DNA from: Treponemataceae bacterium
Lineage (GTDB): Bacteria > Spirochaetota > Spirochaetia > Treponematales > Rectinemataceae
Reading direction: 5' to 3'
Assembly (NCBI GenBank): GCA_963667725.2
Contig: CAXXHO010000005.1
Coordinates: 576,001-640,000 of the forward strand
DNA length: 64,000 nt
The translations under genes were made by a program, and so were the position numbers. The notes below the pieces were generated by a model, which was not told where the DNA came from, did no database searches, and worked only from the letters and a program-made list of their open reading frames with translations. Of the stretch, positions 1 to 9,829 are shown in pieces; position 1 is the stretch's first letter, and each line of letters starts with the position of its first letter.

Positions 1-1
1 G

Positions 2-925
2 GCCTTCCTTACCGACAAGGCCCTTCACGCCTTCGGCCTTCACGGCCAATCCTTCATGCCCATGATGCTCGGCTTCGGCTGCACCGTGCCCGCCATTATG
101 GCCACGCGCACGCTCAAGAGCCCCCGGGACCGGATCGCGACCATACTCGCCGTCCCTTTCATGAGCTGCGGCGCCAAGCTGCCCGTCTACGTTCTATTGG
201 CAGGCACCTTTTTCCCGAAAAACGCCGACAATGTCGTTATGGCAGTCTACCTGGCCGGCGTCGTACTCTCCATGCTCTCCACCGTTTTTCTGCGCAAGAC
301 CGTGCTGAAAGGTCAGACCACGCCCTTTGTCATGGAGCTGCCGCCGTACCGCCTGCCCACCTGGCGGGGAATATTCTGGCATGTATGGGGAAAAACCTGG
401 AACTACATAAAGAAAGCGGGAACGGTCATCCTCGCGGCCTCGGTGCTGATCTGGGTGATCACCACCTTTCCCCAGCCAAAGGACGCGGACGCGCAGCCTG
501 AATCGACACGGAGCGAATATCGCCTGGAATACAGTCTGGCGGGACGGATAGGCAAGTTCATCGAACCGGCCATAAGGCCGCTGGGCTTCAACTGGAAAAT
601 CGGCGTGGCCCTCATCCCGGGATTCAGCGCCAAGGAACTCGTCGTATCGACGCTCGGCATCCTCTATGGGGCGGAAACCGTCGATGGCGAAGAAACGGAG
701 TCGCTTCGGTCGGCCCTGCGGCGCGACCCGGACATGAACCCCCTCACCGCCATCGTCCTCATGATGTTCATCCTGATAATGCCGCCCTGCTTCGCGAGCC
801 TCGCGACGATAAAGGCCGAGGCGGGCAACAAATGGCTCATCTTCCAGGTAGTCTATTCGTTCACGCTGGCCTGGCTTGTCTCATTTATTGTGAAAGTGGC
901 CGGCGGGTTCCTGACCGGCGCCTGA
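2..925 (+). CDS. feoB: Ferrous iron transporter FeoB, C-terminal membrane part (5'-truncated by window)
   Basis: Open from window start; motifs LGFGCTVPAIMATR, FMSCGAKLPVY, FVMELPPY, AKELVVSTLG, PCFASL typical of FeoB gate/C-terminal domains. Confidence 0.93.
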   Translation, partial: AFLTDKALHAFGLHGQSFMPMMLGFGCTVPAIMATRTLKSPRDRIATILAVPFMSCGAKLPVYVLLAGTFFPKNADNVVMAVYLAGVVLSMLSTVFLRKTVLKGQTTPFVMELPPYRLPTWRGIFWHVWGKTWNYIKKAGTVILAASVLIWVITTFPQPKDADAQPESTRSEYRLEYSLAGRIGKFIEPAIRPLGFNWKIGVALIPGFSAKELVVSTLGILYGAETVDGEETESLRSALRRDPDMNPLTAIVLMMFILIMPPCFASLATIKAEAGNKWLIFQVVYSFTLAWLVSFIVKVAGGFLTGA

Positions 926-1303
926 GTTCCTGCCCATGCAGTCGGCGCAGATGCCCGTGGCGTAGAGCGTGTGGCTGCGGATCTCGACGCCCGAGTCCTT
1001 TTCCATGTCCTTCAGGAGAGGTTCCACCCTGCAGGCGCCGAGGTCCACGAAGCAGTGGCAGCGTTCGCAGTGGAACCAGTGCCTGTGCCGGGCGCCGCAT
1101 GAAACGTAGTAGCGCTCGGTGCCATGGACGGCGCAGTGGAGCACGAAGGACTCGGCGAAGCCATTTTCTTCCAGATAATGGAGCGAACGGTAAATCGTCG
1201 CCGTGTCGCAGATACTTCCCGTGATAGCCCCCACATCGAGGGCGCAGAGCGGTTTGCCCGCCGCGTCCAGGATATCCTGAACCGCTTTTCTCGCCTTGGT
1301 CAT
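881..1303 (-). CDS. Fur-family metalloregulator, probably Zur
   Basis: C-terminal 140 aa of the 881..2350 ORF: ATIYRSL helix, HRHWFHCERC and GICADC Zn sites; last gene of the metal ABC operon; 3' end overlaps feoB convergently by 45 bp. Confidence 0.85.
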   Translation of the reverse strand: MTKARKAVQDILDAAGKPLCALDVGAITGSICDTATIYRSLHYLEENGFAESFVLHCAVHGTERYYVSCGARHRHWFHCERCHCFVDLGACRVEPLLKDMEKDSGVEIRSHTLYATGICADCMGRNSGAGQEPAGHFHNK

Positions 1304-1311
1304 CGCTTCGC

Positions 1312-2151
1312 CTAAGCCTTGCGTCGGATTCTGAGCGCCGAGACGACGAGGAACGTCGCGCCGGCGACAAGGACGACGACGGCGCCCGAAGGCAGGTCCA
1401 ACCCCCAGCTCACGATGAGGCCGGCCGCCGAAAACGCCACCGAGAAGACCGTTCCCAGCACCATCATGCCTGCGAGATTCTTCGAAAAATAACCGGCCGT
1501 GCCCGCCGGCAAGGTAAGCATCGCGATCACCATCACGATGCCAACGAAGGTCTGGAGGAGGACGATGGCGACGGCGGTGACGGCGAGAATGACGAAGAAG
1601 ACGACATCGGTATTCACGCCACGCGTCTTGGCGAACTCCTCGTCGAAGGCGCTCGCCTCGATCTGCGGGTAATAGCTCCAGGCGAGGACGATGACGACGA
1701 TGTCCAGGACGGCGAGGAGGACGAGGTCTCTCGCGGACACGAGGAGTATGTTTCCGAAAAGGTAGCTCATGGGGTCGGCGTAGCCCGGCGTCTTGGCGAT
1801 GAAGACGATGCCGATGCTCATGCCGATGGCCCAGAGCGCGTTGATGACGGTGTCCTCTCGCTGCTTGGCCTTGAGGGAGACAAAGCCGATCAGGGCAGCC
1901 GAGATTATGGCGAAGACGAGCGCCCCCAGGATGGGAGACAAGCCCGGCACGATGTTCTTCGCCGAGAGGTAGAGGGCGAGCCCGATGCCCCCCAGCACGG
2001 CGTGCGATATGGCGCCGGCGAGGCCCGCGATGCGTTTCACCGTGACGACGGAGCCGAGGACTCCGAAAAGTACGCTGGACAGAAGGCCCGCGACCAGGGC
2101 GTTCCTGACGAAGGGCATGGCGGGATCGAAAAGCGCCGAGAAGAAATTCAT
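1312..2151 (-). CDS. znuB: Zn/Mn ABC transporter permease (ZnuB-type)
   Basis: Hydrophobic; AISHAVLGG, SYLFGNIL, FDEEFA motifs of ABC-3 permeases. Confidence 0.88.
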   Translation of the reverse strand: MNFFSALFDPAMPFVRNALVAGLLSSVLFGVLGSVVTVKRIAGLAGAISHAVLGGIGLALYLSAKNIVPGLSPILGALVFAIISAALIGFVSLKAKQREDTVINALWAIGMSIGIVFIAKTPGYADPMSYLFGNILLVSARDLVLLAVLDIVVIVLAWSYYPQIEASAFDEEFAKTRGVNTDVVFFVILAVTAVAIVLLQTFVGIVMVIAMLTLPAGTAGYFSKNLAGMMVLGTVFSVAFSAAGLIVSWGLDLPSGAVVVLVAGATFLVVSALRIRRKA

Positions 2152-2990
2152 GACCGCCCTCCTGTCGTGTTTTCCCGCGCCGCGACGGGATTGCCGCAGG
2201 ATTCCCCGTCTTCGGGATCGCAGCAGGCGTCGGGCAGCTCGGTGTCGTGGAGGACCTGGAGGACCGTGCCTCCATAAAGGCCCGAGGAAACGTGCTCGGC
2301 GGGGCCGGAGGCGTGACGCACGACACTGAGGGGATGTTCGCGGCTTTCACCGACGCAGAGGACCACGTCGGTGAGCGAGGACACGAAGGCGGTGTCGTGG
2401 GTGGCTATGAGAATCGTCGTTTTGCCTTTCAGGTTTCCGAGGACGGAAAAAAGCCTTTCCTCGCTCTCGCGGTCCATGTTGGCCGTCGGTTCGTCCAGAA
2501 TGAGCAGGTTGGGCGCGCTCGCGAGCGCCCGCGCCACGAGGACTCGCCGGCGCTGGCCGCCGGACAGGGCCGTATAGGAACGCTTGCGGAGATCGGCGAC
2601 GGCGGCCAGCTCGAGGGCCGTGTCTATATCGGAACAGGAGGCCTCGGCGCCCCTGCAGCCCTTCCCGAAGCCCTCCAGCCGCCCCATCCTCACCACCTCT
2701 TCCACCGAAATGGGAAAGGCCGGATCGAAGCTCATGTATTGGGGCACATAGCCTATGCCGCCTCTCGCCGCTTCCGGACGCTTGCCGAAGATCTCGACCT
2801 TTCCCGCGCCCGGCTTGGCCAGCCCCATGATGAGGCGGAGGATGGTCGTCTTGCCGGAGCCGTTCGGCCCCACGAGGGCGACAAGCTCGCCAGCGTGGAC
2901 ATGGAAGGAACTGCCGCGCAGGACCTCCACCTCGCCGTGGGCGAAATCCACGCCGGCGAATTCTATGGCGATTTTCTTGTGTTCGCTCAT
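2148..2990 (-). CDS. znuC: Zn/Mn ABC transporter ATP-binding protein
   Basis: Walker [34 protein letters not shown] overlap with permease. Confidence 0.88.
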   Translation of the reverse strand: MSEHKKIAIEFAGVDFAHGEVEVLRGSSFHVHAGELVALVGPNGSGKTTILRLIMGLAKPGAGKVEIFGKRPEAARGGIGYVPQYMSFDPAFPISVEEVVRMGRLEGFGKGCRGAEASCSDIDTALELAAVADLRKRSYTALSGGQRRRVLVARALASAPNLLILDEPTANMDRESEERLFSVLGNLKGKTTILIATHDTAFVSSLTDVVLCVGESREHPLSVVRHASGPAEHVSSGLYGGTVLQVLHDTELPDACCDPEDGESCGNPVAARENTTGGRS

Positions 2991-3002
2991 GATTTCCCGA
3001 TC

Positions 3003-3965
3003 TCAGCGGGTCGCGGCCTGCTTGAGCGCAGCCCGCTTGAGAGCCTCTCCCATGATTCCTATATTCTCGAGCCAGTTCTCTGCCAGGGGATCGATCTGGA
3101 CGACGACCCCGCCTATAGCCGCGGCCACCGTCTGCGCAGCGGCCGACGAGAATTGTTTCTGCACGAAAATCACCTTGGCCCCGTCAGCTTTCGCGTTCTT
3201 TATGAGGAGGGCGAGGGTTTTCTGCGTCGGCTCCTTGCCGCCGACCTCCACCGCCTCCTGCCTGATCCCGAAGTTGTCCAGAAAGTAGCCGAACGAAGGG
3301 TGATACACGAAGGCGGTGGCGCCCCTCAGCGGCGCGAGCTGCTTCGAGAGGTCGGCGAAGAGGGTGTCGATTTCCCCGCGGTACGCGTCGTGGTTGGCCC
3401 TGAAATATGCCGCGTCGGCGGGTTTGAGGGCAATCAGGGTATCCCTGATCGTGGCCAGCTGGAGCCTCACGGCATCCAAGCCTAGCCAGACATGGGGATC
3501 AATGCCGCCTTCGTCGTGATCCTCATCCGCCGCCCGAGCCTCTGGAGCCTCCTCCTCATGGTCATGCGTTTCGAGCGTCCTATAAGAGATGCCCTGGGCG
3601 CTGTTGACGATTTTGAGTTTGGGATAGAGGGATTTGACCTTGGGCAGAAGGGCGTTCTCGAACTCGACGCCTATGGAGAACCAGATCGCCGCCCCGCTCA
3701 GCTCCGCCATTTGGCGGGGCGTCGGCTCGTAGCTATGGGGGGATGCGCCCGGCCCAACGAGGGTGAGAATCCTCACCCTGTCGCCGCCTATCCTCGCGAC
3801 GAATTCGGACTGGGGAAGGATGCTGACCGCGATCGTAGGAACGGCCTGGCCCGCCGCGGACGCGGAAGCGATACAGAGGGCGGCGAATACGGGGAGAAAA
3901 ACGGCGCGGAAACCTCGAACGGATGGCCTTGTCTTGGTAAAATGAATAGTGTATTTGCGAATCAT
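3003..3965 (-). CDS. znuA: Zn/Mn ABC transporter substrate-binding protein
   Basis: Signal peptide, SPHSYEPTP, His/Glu-rich loop, DPHVWL, YHPSFGYF; ATG 3965 chosen because it follows a promoter match. Confidence 0.88.
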   Translation of the reverse strand: MIRKYTIHFTKTRPSVRGFRAVFLPVFAALCIASASAAGQAVPTIAVSILPQSEFVARIGGDRVRILTLVGPGASPHSYEPTPRQMAELSGAAIWFSIGVEFENALLPKVKSLYPKLKIVNSAQGISYRTLETHDHEEEAPEARAADEDHDEGGIDPHVWLGLDAVRLQLATIRDTLIALKPADAAYFRANHDAYRGEIDTLFADLSKQLAPLRGATAFVYHPSFGYFLDNFGIRQEAVEVGGKEPTQKTLALLIKNAKADGAKVIFVQKQFSSAAAQTVAAAIGGVVVQIDPLAENWLENIGIMGEALKRAALKQAATR

Positions 3966-4000
3966 TCGCAAAATATAGCGTCAAGAGCGTAAAAAGGCAA
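3954..4000 (-). promoter_or_regulatory. znuA promoter with Zur/Fur-type 9-1-9 operator
   Basis: Minus strand TTGCCT-17-TATATT (4000..3972); perfect inverted repeat TTTGCGAAT-C-ATTCGCAAA at 3954..3972 covering the predicted start site. Confidence 0.75.
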
Positions 4001-4022
4001 GCGCTTGGCGCATCGGTTCGCC

Positions 4023-4814
4023 TTATCGCACTTTAGCAGTGAGGCGATCGATGATGAGAATGGAGCAAACCGAGGCCGCATAGGCTAGAAGGGTGCCCAG
4101 CCAGGGTCCCAAGGCCACGAAAAAGAGGCCGGCGCAGGTCGAGAAGACAATTATATTGCATGAGGAGAGTATGAGGATCTTGCCGGTGGCCTGGGCGAAA
4201 TCGGGACCCTGGCTCATGGTCAGTATCACCATCGTGGAAGTCATGACGGCGGGAAAGGTGGCGAGCACTCCCGTCATGTAGGGAGGGGCCACCTGGGCGA
4301 TCGCGACAGCCCCGGCCACCACGCCGCCCGCGAAAAAAGCCCGGACCATGGAAACCTTCCAGGAAAACTTCACGGGCTTCTTTTCGACGCGCTTCGCGCC
4401 GAGTTTCGCGCTCACAAGAAAGAAAAGCGCGGCCGTGACGACGGCATACGCGGCTATGGAAGCGAGAAAATTGAGCGGCGGGAGGACGGCCAGCACAAGG
4501 ATCGCCGCTAGAGCCCAGGCGGCGAATGAGGCCGGCAGGGCGATTCGAAGCCCATACGGTATGGTAAAGACAAAAACGGCGAGGAATATCGTATCGATCA
4601 TCATCCCCATGGGAACGCCCGCCGTGGAAGCCGCGGCATACTCAGGTCCCTTGGTGATGCCCATAAAGAGGAGGGAGATGAGGATATTGGAAGGCATATT
4701 GCCGAGAAGACCGGCCTTCCGGCTGCCCAGACGCTCGCCGAAGTAGGTGACGGACGCTATCCAGGCGCCGGCGATGACAAAGGAGAGCGCAATGCGTATC
4801 AATACCATATTCAT
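4023..4814 (-). CDS. Multi-pass membrane protein of unknown function (two-repeat, DUF3147-like)
   Basis: About 8 hydrophobic segments; related halves (AGLLGNMPS / TGVLATFPA); start taken at MNMVLIR. Confidence 0.6.
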   Translation of the reverse strand: MNMVLIRIALSFVIAGAWIASVTYFGERLGSRKAGLLGNMPSNILISLLFMGITKGPEYAAASTAGVPMGMMIDTIFLAVFVFTIPYGLRIALPASFAAWALAAILVLAVLPPLNFLASIAAYAVVTAALFFLVSAKLGAKRVEKKPVKFSWKVSMVRAFFAGGVVAGAVAIAQVAPPYMTGVLATFPAVMTSTMVILTMSQGPDFAQATGKILILSSCNIIVFSTCAGLFFVALGPWLGTLLAYAASVCSILIIDRLTAKVR

Positions 4815-4965
4815 ACCGTAAATAACCTTTTCGATGCGGGATGTCGGGACAGGAAACCGAATCAGTATAGCCCGCATGGCCAAACGGCGCCACCTCGCGA
4901 TCCATGGTTTCGGGCGCCTGGAGACTATGATAAAATCCAGGATCGGATAAAAACTGGAGGTCGCC

Positions 4966-5955
4966 ATGGATTATATTCGATGGGGAATTCTCTCCGTTTC
5001 CAACCACTACAGGCTGCGGGTACACGACCAAGTCAAGGAATCCCCCCTCGCCAGGGTCCTGGGCATAGCGTCGCGGGACGCGGAAAAGGCCGCCCAGGAA
5101 GCGCGCAAGCTGGGAATCCCCAAGTCCTATGGTTCATACGAAGCACTGCTCGCAGATCCCGAGATCGATGCCGTCTATATTCCCTTGCCGAATCATCTTC
5201 ATGCCGCCTGGGTGAAGGCCGCGGCCGACGCGGGCAAGCATATACTCTGCGAAAAGCCCTTCGCCCTGAACGCCGGGGAAGCCAGGGAGGCGATAGAGTA
5301 CGCGCGGTCCAAGGGCATTCGCGTCATGGAAGCCTTCATGTACCGCTACCACCCGCAGTGGGCGCGCGCCAAGCAGATCGTGGAATCGGGGGAAATCGGC
5401 AAGGTCGTCTTCGTGCAGGCGCATTTCGCCTTCAACAACAAGGATCCCAAGAACATACGCAACATGAAAGAAGCAGGCGGCGGCGCCATCATGGATATAG
5501 GCTGCTACGCCGTGTCCAGCGCGCGCTTCATTATGGGAGGGGAACCCAAACGCGTGATTTCACTCGTCAAACGCGATCCGCAGCTCGGCATAGACATGCT
5601 CAGCTCAGGCCTTCTCGACTTCGGAGGGGCGCAGGCGCAGTTCTCGGTTTCGACGCAAGCCTTCGCCGCCCAGAGGATCGAAGTGGTGGGCAGTTCGGGC
5701 AAGCTGTCATTCCAGATTCCCTTCAACATGTACCCTGATGTTCCCGCCGAGCTTTCGGTGACGACGAGCGTAAGCACCAGGACGGTGCTGTGCGGTCCAG
5801 CGGGCCAGTACAGGCTTATGTTCGACGCCTATTCCGCGAACCTGCTCGCCGGGAAGCCCGAGCCGACGCCTGCCGAAGACGCGACAGCGAATATGGAGAT
5901 TCTGGACACGCTCTTCCGCTCCGAGGCTTCGGGGAGATGGGAGGAACTGGGCTGA
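4966..5955 (+). CDS. Gfo/Idh/MocA-family NAD(P)-dependent oxidoreductase
   Basis: VYIPLPNHLH, HILCEKP, EAFMYRYHPQ, GGGAIMDIGCY; GGAGG RBS. Confidence 0.92.
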   Translation: MDYIRWGILSVSNHYRLRVHDQVKESPLARVLGIASRDAEKAAQEARKLGIPKSYGSYEALLADPEIDAVYIPLPNHLHAAWVKAAADAGKHILCEKPFALNAGEAREAIEYARSKGIRVMEAFMYRYHPQWARAKQIVESGEIGKVVFVQAHFAFNNKDPKNIRNMKEAGGGAIMDIGCYAVSSARFIMGGEPKRVISLVKRDPQLGIDMLSSGLLDFGGAQAQFSVSTQAFAAQRIEVVGSSGKLSFQIPFNMYPDVPAELSVTTSVSTRTVLCGPAGQYRLMFDAYSANLLAGKPEPTPAEDATANMEILDTLFRSEASGRWEELG

Positions 5956-6034
5956 AAAGCACTACCCTGGCCGTCCTGGCCGGGGAGTCCAGGGCGGCAG
6001 CCAATCCTGTTCGTACTTTTTTTACATTTTTTTA

Positions 6035-6122
6035 TTGACAGAATCTAAAACTCGATCAAGAATACATTCTGTAAATGTAAACGTATACATTCATTCACTG
6101 AAGCTAGGTAAACGTATACATT
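6035..6122 (+). promoter_or_regulatory. Sugar ABC operon promoter with two LacI-type operators
   Basis: TTGACA at 6035; GTAAACGTATACATT exactly repeated at 6077..6091 and 6108..6122, quasi-palindromic around a central CG. Confidence 0.75.
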
Positions 6123-6153
6123 AGCTGACTGATAGTAAATAAGGAGCTCGTCC

Positions 6154-7674
6154 TTGACAGAACCGTTGATTATTGTCAAGAACCTCAACAAATCTTTCCC
6201 CGGCGTGCGCGCGCTGAAGGACATACAGTTCGACCTCTACCCCGGCGAAGTCCATACCCTCGTCGGCGAAAACGGCGCGGGAAAATCCACCCTCATGAAG
6301 GTGCTCTCCGGCGTATACCAGAAAGACTCCGGCGAAATCCTTCTGGACGGAAAACCCGTCGTCATCCCTAACCCGAAAGCCGCCCAGCGCCTGGGCATTT
6401 CTATCATCCATCAGGAACTTAACCTGATGAACCACCTGACCGCCGCCCAGAACATTTTCATAGGACGCGAACCGAAAAAAGGACCCTTCCTCGACGAGAA
6501 GGCGCTCAACAGGAAAACCAGCGAACTCTTCGCCATGCTCAGGATGGACATCGATCCGCGCGTGAAGATCGGCGAACTCACCATCGCCAAGCAGCAGATG
6601 GTAGAAATAGTGAAAGCCCTCTCTTACGATGCCCGCGTCCTCATCATGGACGAGCCTACGGCCGCCCTCAACGAGGCGGAAATCGAAGAGCTCTTCACCA
6701 TCATCCGCCAGCTGCGGAGCAAGGGCGTCGGGATCATCTACATTTCGCACCGCATGGACGAGCTTTTCAAGATTTCCGACCGCATCACGGTGATGCGCGA
6801 TGGCCAGTACGTCGATACCCTGAATATCGCCGACACCAGTCTGGACCACATCATCGCCCTCATGGTGGGCCGCAAGATCGACGCGAGCGCCCCCCAGCTG
6901 GACCTTTCCGCTGACAGGCCCGTCATGCTCAAGGTGAAGGGACTCTGTCAGGGTAAAGTGCTCAAGGACATCTGCTTCGAAGCGCGAAGGGGCGAAATTC
7001 TCGGCTTCGCCGGCCTCATGGGAGCGGGACGCACGGAAGCGGCGCGGGCGATTTTCGGCGCCGATCCCATCGACGCGGGCGAAATCTGGGTGAACGGCGT
7101 CAGGACGACCATCCGACGCCCCAGCGACGCCGTGCGCCATGGCATAGGCTACCTTTCGGAGGACAGGAAGCGCTTCGGCATCGCCATCAGCATGGACGTG
7201 GAGCAGAACTCCGCCATGGCCTCGATGAAGAAGTTCACCGGCTTCGCCGGTTTCATCAAGAACAAGGAAATCAGGAAGGCGGCCGCCGAAGTCGTGGAGA
7301 AGCTCTCGATCAAGACGCCCAGCCTCCAGCAGAAGCTCAAGTTCCTCTCGGGCGGCAACCAGCAGAAGGTAGTCGTCGCGAAATGGCTGATCCGCAACTG
7401 CGACGTGCTCTTTTTCGACGAACCGACGCGGGGCATCGATATTGGAGCAAAGCAGGAAATCTACGCCCTTCTCAACGAACTGGCCCGGGCGGGCAAGACC
7501 ATCATCATGATTTCCTCGGACCTGGCCGAGATCCTGAGACTGAGCCACAGGATCGTCGTGATGTGCGAGGGCCGGGTTACGGGCGAACTTCCGGCATCCG
7601 AGGCGACGCAGGAAAAGATAATGAAGCTGGCCACCCAGCGTGAAACCATGGTCAAGGCCGCCGCAAACCAATAA
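6154..7674 (+). CDS. Monosaccharide ABC transporter ATP-binding protein (RbsA/MglA type)
   Basis: Tandem ABC domains: [34 protein letters not shown] start after AAGGAG. Confidence 0.93.
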   Translation: MTEPLIIVKNLNKSFPGVRALKDIQFDLYPGEVHTLVGENGAGKSTLMKVLSGVYQKDSGEILLDGKPVVIPNPKAAQRLGISIIHQELNLMNHLTAAQNIFIGREPKKGPFLDEKALNRKTSELFAMLRMDIDPRVKIGELTIAKQQMVEIVKALSYDARVLIMDEPTAALNEAEIEELFTIIRQLRSKGVGIIYISHRMDELFKISDRITVMRDGQYVDTLNIADTSLDHIIALMVGRKIDASAPQLDLSADRPVMLKVKGLCQGKVLKDICFEARRGEILGFAGLMGAGRTEAARAIFGADPIDAGEIWVNGVRTTIRRPSDAVRHGIGYLSEDRKRFGIAISMDVEQNSAMASMKKFTGFAGFIKNKEIRKAAAEVVEKLSIKTPSLQQKLKFLSGGNQQKVVVAKWLIRNCDVLFFDEPTRGIDIGAKQEIYALLNELARAGKTIIMISSDLAEILRLSHRIVVMCEGRVTGELPASEATQEKIMKLATQRETMVKAAANQ

Positions 7675-7689
7675 GTCAAGGAAAGAACA

Positions 7690-8688
7690 ATGGCAGAGAC
7701 AATCACCGCCAAGGCGGAGAAAGCGAAAGACAGCGCCACATCATCCCAGGCCAAGCAGAAGATACTGGCATTCTCCAGCCTCGTGATCCTGATCGTGGGT
7801 TTTTCGCTGGCCTCCCCCAACTTCTTCCAGGCGAGCAACCTCGTGGCCATCATGCTGGCGACGGCCGTCAACGGCGTCCTGGCCGTGGGCGTGAGTTTCG
7901 TCATCATAACGGGCGGCATTGACCTGTCGATCGGCACCCTTATGACCTTCACCGCCGTAATGGCCGCCCAGGTGGTCGCCAACATGCATCTCCCGGTCTT
8001 CCTCGGCGTGATCGTGGCCATCCTGACCGGCATAACCTGCGGCGGAATCTCGGGCGTCATGGTTGCCAAGCTCAAGCTGCCGCCCTTCATCGCCACCTTG
8101 GGCATGAACATGTTCACGAAGGGGCTTTCCCTCATCATCGCCCATTCGAAACCTATCTATTTTACCGAAACCCCGGTCTTCAGCCAGATATCCATGGGAT
8201 CCGTTCTCCACTTCGGCGAGGATTTCCAGATACCGAACGCCGTCATAATATTCCTCCTCGTCGCCGTCGCAGCCGCCGTCATCCTGAACAAGACAACCTT
8301 CGGGCGCTATACCTTCGCGATCGGATCCAACGAGGAAGCCGTCCGCCTTTCGGGCATCAACACCGACCGCTGGAAGATAGCCGCCTACGCTTTTTCGGGA
8401 GCCATCTGCGGCATAGCGGGCATCCTGATAGCCTCCAGGCTCAATTCGGCCCAGCCCGCGCTTGGACAGGGCTATGAACTCGACGCCATCGCGGCCGTCG
8501 TCATCGGCGGCACCTCGATGTCGGGCGGCGAGGGCACCATCATCGGCACGGTGATCGGCGCCTTCATCATCAGCACGCTGACGAACGGGCTGCGCATTCT
8601 CTCGGTGCCCCAGGAATGGCAGATCGTGACTACGGGCATCATCATCATCTTCGCCGTATATCTCGACATACTGCGCCGCAGAAAGTAG
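7690..8688 (+). CDS. Monosaccharide ABC transporter permease
   Basis: GGIDLSIG, PPFIATLG, AIGSNEEAVRLSGI, YELDAIAAVVIGG. Confidence 0.93.
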   Translation: MAETITAKAEKAKDSATSSQAKQKILAFSSLVILIVGFSLASPNFFQASNLVAIMLATAVNGVLAVGVSFVIITGGIDLSIGTLMTFTAVMAAQVVANMHLPVFLGVIVAILTGITCGGISGVMVAKLKLPPFIATLGMNMFTKGLSLIIAHSKPIYFTETPVFSQISMGSVLHFGEDFQIPNAVIIFLLVAVAAAVILNKTTFGRYTFAIGSNEEAVRLSGINTDRWKIAAYAFSGAICGIAGILIASRLNSAQPALGQGYELDAIAAVVIGGTSMSGGEGTIIGTVIGAFIISTLTNGLRILSVPQEWQIVTTGIIIIFAVYLDILRRRK

Positions 8689-8769
8689 CGCGTCAGTAGA
8701 CGCGGCGCGTTGATTTTGTGCCACACCGGGCCCTTCCGGGAACCGGAGAGATTTCATGAGGAGGTTGCT

Positions 8770-9717
8770 ATGAAAATCAGAAAGCTCACCGCGAGCCTGA
8801 TCGTAGCAATGCTGTTGATCACCGTATCGGGGGTTTTCGCCCAGCAGACGCTGTACATTCCCCTGATTTCCAAAGGTTTCCAGCATCAGTTCTGGGTCGC
8901 CGTAAAACAGGGCGCGGAACAGGCTGCCAAGGACTTCAAGGTGAACATCACCTTCGAAGGTCCGGAATCGGAAACCATGGTGGACAAGCAAATCGATATG
9001 CTGTCGGCCGCCCTGGCTAAAAAGCCATCGGCCATCGGGTTCGCCGCCCTCGACAGCAAGGCCGCCCTTCCCTATCTGCAGCGAGCGCAGAAGGCCGGCA
9101 TTCCCATCATCGCCTTCGACTCAGGCGTCGACAGCGATATCCCCGTCACTACCTGCGCGACCGATAACATCGCCGCGGCAGCCTACGCCGCCGACATGAT
9201 GGCCAAGCTCATCGGCAACGAGGGCGAAGTGGCCGTCATCGTCCACGACCAGACCAGCCGCACCGGCATCGACCGCCGCGACGGTTTCGTCAACAGGATC
9301 AAGGAAAAGTATCCCAAGATCAAGATCGTAAGCGTCCAGTACGGCGAAGGCGATCACCTCAAATCCACCGACCTCGCCAAGGCCATCATCCAGTCCCACC
9401 CGAATCTCAAGGGATTCTTCGGCGCGAATGAAGGCTCGGCCATCGGCGTGATGAACGGCGTCAAGGAAATGAGAAAGATCGGCAAGATCGTGGTGATCGG
9501 CTACGACTCCGGCGCCCAGCAGATCGCGGCCATCCGCGCCGGCGAGATGAATGGCGCCATCACCCAGAACCCGGTCGGCATAGGCTACAAGACCGTCGAA
9601 AGCGCGATCAAGGCCCTCAAGGGCGAAAAGCTCCCTAAAGTCGTCGACACCGGTTTCTACTACTACGACAAGACCAACATCGACGATCCCAAGGTCGCCG
9701 CCGTTCTCTATCAGTAA
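8770..9717 (+). CDS. Sugar ABC transporter substrate-binding protein
   Basis: GAGGAGG RBS, signal peptide, KGFQHQFW, ATDN, ITQNP motifs. Confidence 0.92.
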   Translation: MKIRKLTASLIVAMLLITVSGVFAQQTLYIPLISKGFQHQFWVAVKQGAEQAAKDFKVNITFEGPESETMVDKQIDMLSAALAKKPSAIGFAALDSKAALPYLQRAQKAGIPIIAFDSGVDSDIPVTTCATDNIAAAAYAADMMAKLIGNEGEVAVIVHDQTSRTGIDRRDGFVNRIKEKYPKIKIVSVQYGEGDHLKSTDLAKAIIQSHPNLKGFFGANEGSAIGVMNGVKEMRKIGKIVVIGYDSGAQQIAAIRAGEMNGAITQNPVGIGYKTVESAIKALKGEKLPKVVDTGFYYYDKTNIDDPKVAAVLYQ

Positions 9718-9829
9718 GTAGTCACTTTTCTAGGAATCAGGCTATGCTTCCTCTTGCCGTAAGGGCTGGGGAAGCATGGCTTCCCATTTCGCTTTTTTTC
9801 CACTACCTTCGTTTTTCTGGAGCTGCGTC

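Noticed and set aside
881..2350. 489-aa ORF as one protein
   Set aside because: Only the last 140 aa are Fur-like; the rest is an alternative frame of znuB
6121..8991. Long antisense ORFs (e.g. 6121..7671, 7741..8991 and many similar)
   Set aside because: Expected shadows of GC-rich coding strands; no motifs of their own
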